Shown in pieces: positions 61,531 to 64,000 of a stretch of DNA of 64,000 nt (position 1 is its first letter; every line of letters starts with the position of its first letter). The notes beneath the pieces were generated by a model. That model had not been told where the DNA came from, ran no database searches, and worked only from the letters and a program-made list of their open reading frames with translations. The stretch is taken from assembly GCF_044704955.1 (NCBI RefSeq), contig NC_091997.1, positions 65,286,001-65,350,000 on the forward strand. Reading direction: 5' to 3'. This stretch comes from Pristiophorus japonicus. Lineage: Eukaryota. The position numbers and the translations under genes are program-made.

Positions 61531-62489
61531 ATTGAGGTTGGTATTGAATTTTAACTGGCAAAATTCTGTACAGTTGCAACATTTTCTGGGCCCTTATTTC
61601 TTCTTTGGCTGCTCTATTAGATGCAATTCTGATTCCCAATTTAGCATAAGCTGTGAATTTGATCAACTTGCATGGAATATCTGAATCAAGATCATTTATG
61701 ACTCCTAACAATGCTCAGTATAGATTCTTAAGTAAAGGACATATTTACGCATGGATTCGTAATATTCCCTTGGGCAAGAGCATCACTAAAGAATCTGTTT
61801 GTTGGAAAGGAAATGCCACACAATGCAAATACACACTGCAATGTTCAAGGAAAATGTAATCTTACAAGAATGGGCTTTCCTCCAGTCAAAATAGAAAACA
61901 AACTTCTCAATAAACCCCACCAAAATGGTGTAGGTAACTTATGACAGTAAGTAACTAGTGGTAACAATAACATGATTCAATATGATGGAAGCTAGTGTGT
62001 CTATTGTAAATATAGTTATTCATCTATGTTTTCTCAATTATCACATTATGTTTCATCTTTTTTTATAAATGAACTATGATAATAAAACACAAAATTATAG
62101 TAATATACTCATGAAAAATAAAATACAAAGTAAAATCAAAAAATTATAACATGCAATTTAATACCAAAAGCGTCTCGTGTTATCAGTCTCTGCCTGTTGT
62201 AATTGCAGGCTGCCTTCTCCCTATATTCAATTTGCATTTTTCTCCTCCCCTAGTTTTAACAAAGTTTGGAAAACTTCTTGAAATTTGTCACCAGAATCAG
62301 CATCGGGAACATCACAGAAATTAGTGTAATAAAGTGGCATAACAGCAGTTTATTCAGTCCTAATAAAGTTTGCAACATTGAGGGTTTCACTGAGGGTACA
62401 ATAAACTGATACAACTGTTGACTCCTATTTAGACATGTATATAATACACAAAAGTACTTCAAGAGATAACAAAAGTTTTGGCTTCAAAT

Positions 62490-63680
62490 CAAATAACAAT
62501 AATGATTTGTGTTTATACAGCACCATAAAAGTTCAAAGGCATCCGAAGGTGCGTCACAGAGTCAATTCAGCATAGATTAGGAGAAGGTAACCAAAAGCTT
62601 AGTCAGAGGTAGGGTTTACGGAAAATCTTGAAGGTGGAGGAATAGCAGAGGCGTTTAGGGAGGGAATTGTAAAGCGAGCCCTCGGCATCTGAAGATACAG
62701 CTGTCACTAGTAGGAAGTGAGGGGATGCACGAGGCTGGAGACAGAGGAACCGAGTTCCAGAGGGTTGTCGGGCGGGAGGACATTACAGAGAAAAGGAAGG
62801 GAGGGTTAGGGAGGGATGTAAAGACATGGTGTTGAGGGAACAGCAAGCCAATGTAGGTCAGCAAGAACTGTGGTGATGGGCAAGTGGGTTGGTGCAGGAT
62901 CGGATACGAGCAACAATGTTTTGGATGAGCTGGAGTTTATGGAGGTTGTAGGATGAGCAGCGAGCAAAGACAATATTGGACAGTTTTGGTCTCCTTATTT
63001 AAGGAGGGATGTACTTTCATTGGATACAGATCAGAGAAGGTTCACTAGGTTGATTCCTGAGATGAGGAGGTTGACTTATGAAGAAAGGTTGAGTAGGTTG
63101 GGCCTATACTCACTGGAGTTTAGCAGAATGAGAGGGGATCTTATTGAAACATACAAGATACTTGTACTGAGAGGGATCGACAATGTAGATGCAGAGAGGA
63201 TGTTTCCACTCATGGGGGAACCTAGAACTAGGGGGCATAGTTTAAAAATATTGTCTATTTAGAACGGAGATGAGGAGGAATTTCTTCCTGAGAGTTGTAA
63301 ATCTGTGGAATTCTCTCCCCAGAGAGCTGTGGAGGCTGGGTCATTGAATATATTTAAGGCTTTTGAAAGATACGGGAGTGAAGGGTTATGGGAGGCGGGC
63401 AGGGAAGTGGAGCTGAGCCCAAGATCAGATCAATCATGATCTTATAGAATGGCGGAGCAGGTTCGAGGGGCCGAATGGCCTACTCCTGCTCCTATTTCCT
63501 ATGTTCCTAATCGAGTCTGAAGGTGAGGAGGTCATGTATAAGGATTTCAGTGATGAATGGGCTGAGCTAAGAGTAGAGGCGGGCATGTTAGAGGGGTCAA
63601 AGTTGGCAGTCTTTGTGGTGGAGAATCTTTGGGGTCAGAACCTCAGCAAACGGATGCCAAGGCTGTGAACAGTAGTTACA
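62490..63680 (-). mobile_element. Old L2-like fragment split by a CR1
   Basis: 62490-62980 and 63510-63680 are collinear with the reverse complement of 48620-49385. Confidence 0.7.
62981..63508 (+). mobile_element. CR1 3' fragment, (TTCCTATG)n tail
   Basis: QRRFTRLIPEM..LYSLEF; ttcctatgttcct tail. Confidence 0.93.
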
Positions 63681-64000
63681 AAGGATGTTGGAGTCAGTGG
63701 ACATAGTACTTGTAAATGGCACATTGTACATTCATGGTCAGTAGCGCAAGTTTGTTTTACTTTTACTGAATTAATTTTTTTAATGCAGTTAAATGTTAGT
63801 TCAGCAAGTGTCACAGGGCTTCTGAGAAATGATTTGCAAAGACAATGAGCATTTTATCCAAGAGTCCATCATTATTTACTGATGGACACAATACATTTCC
63901 ACCATCTGCATTTCCTGTGAATCGCTCACACCGTTACCAGCGAGCTAGCTCACTGTGATCTCTTCTGACCCCACTCAACAAAACACTAATTCAAGAGTGG

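Noticed and set aside
1-64000. CRISPR array, retron or other prokaryotic RT system; tRNA/rRNA genes
   Set aside because: Spliceosomal exon-intron structure and vertebrate LINE/SINE content. No regularly spaced repeats; tRNA-like sequence occurs only as SINE heads.

Overview
Vertebrate genomic DNA; the repeat content points to a cartilaginous fish (shark). The whole window lies inside a myosin IXA gene (MYO9A) on the minus strand. I recovered nine consecutive motor-domain exons by hand (95, 63, 100, 54, 98, 127, 90, 117 and 135 bp; 879 bp, 293 codons). All have GT-AG boundaries with compatible phases, and they correspond to exons 3-11 in human numbering as I recall it. The large exon 2 lies beyond position 64000. 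The rest is intron. Roughly 24 kb is CR1-type LINE in several subfamilies, including one near-full-length copy with ORF1 and ORF2. There are also L2-like LINE pieces, Deu-domain SINEs, a second old SINE family, Penelope-like remnants and two non-autonomous DNA transposons. Almost all long ORFs in the ORF track are CR1 reverse-transcriptase fragments or their antisense shadows. The most notable structures are: (1) a TSD-flanked chimeric retroposon carrying apparent 5'-transduced DNA and a 35-bp hairpin; (2) a TIR element that splits a SINE and itself contains two LINEs; (3) a solo LTR inside CR1 ORF1; (4) a 54-nt cassette-like MYO9A exon with a microexon-type acceptor; (5) an odd KL->NI change in the myosin relay helix. 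I found no evidence of a prokaryote-type novel system.
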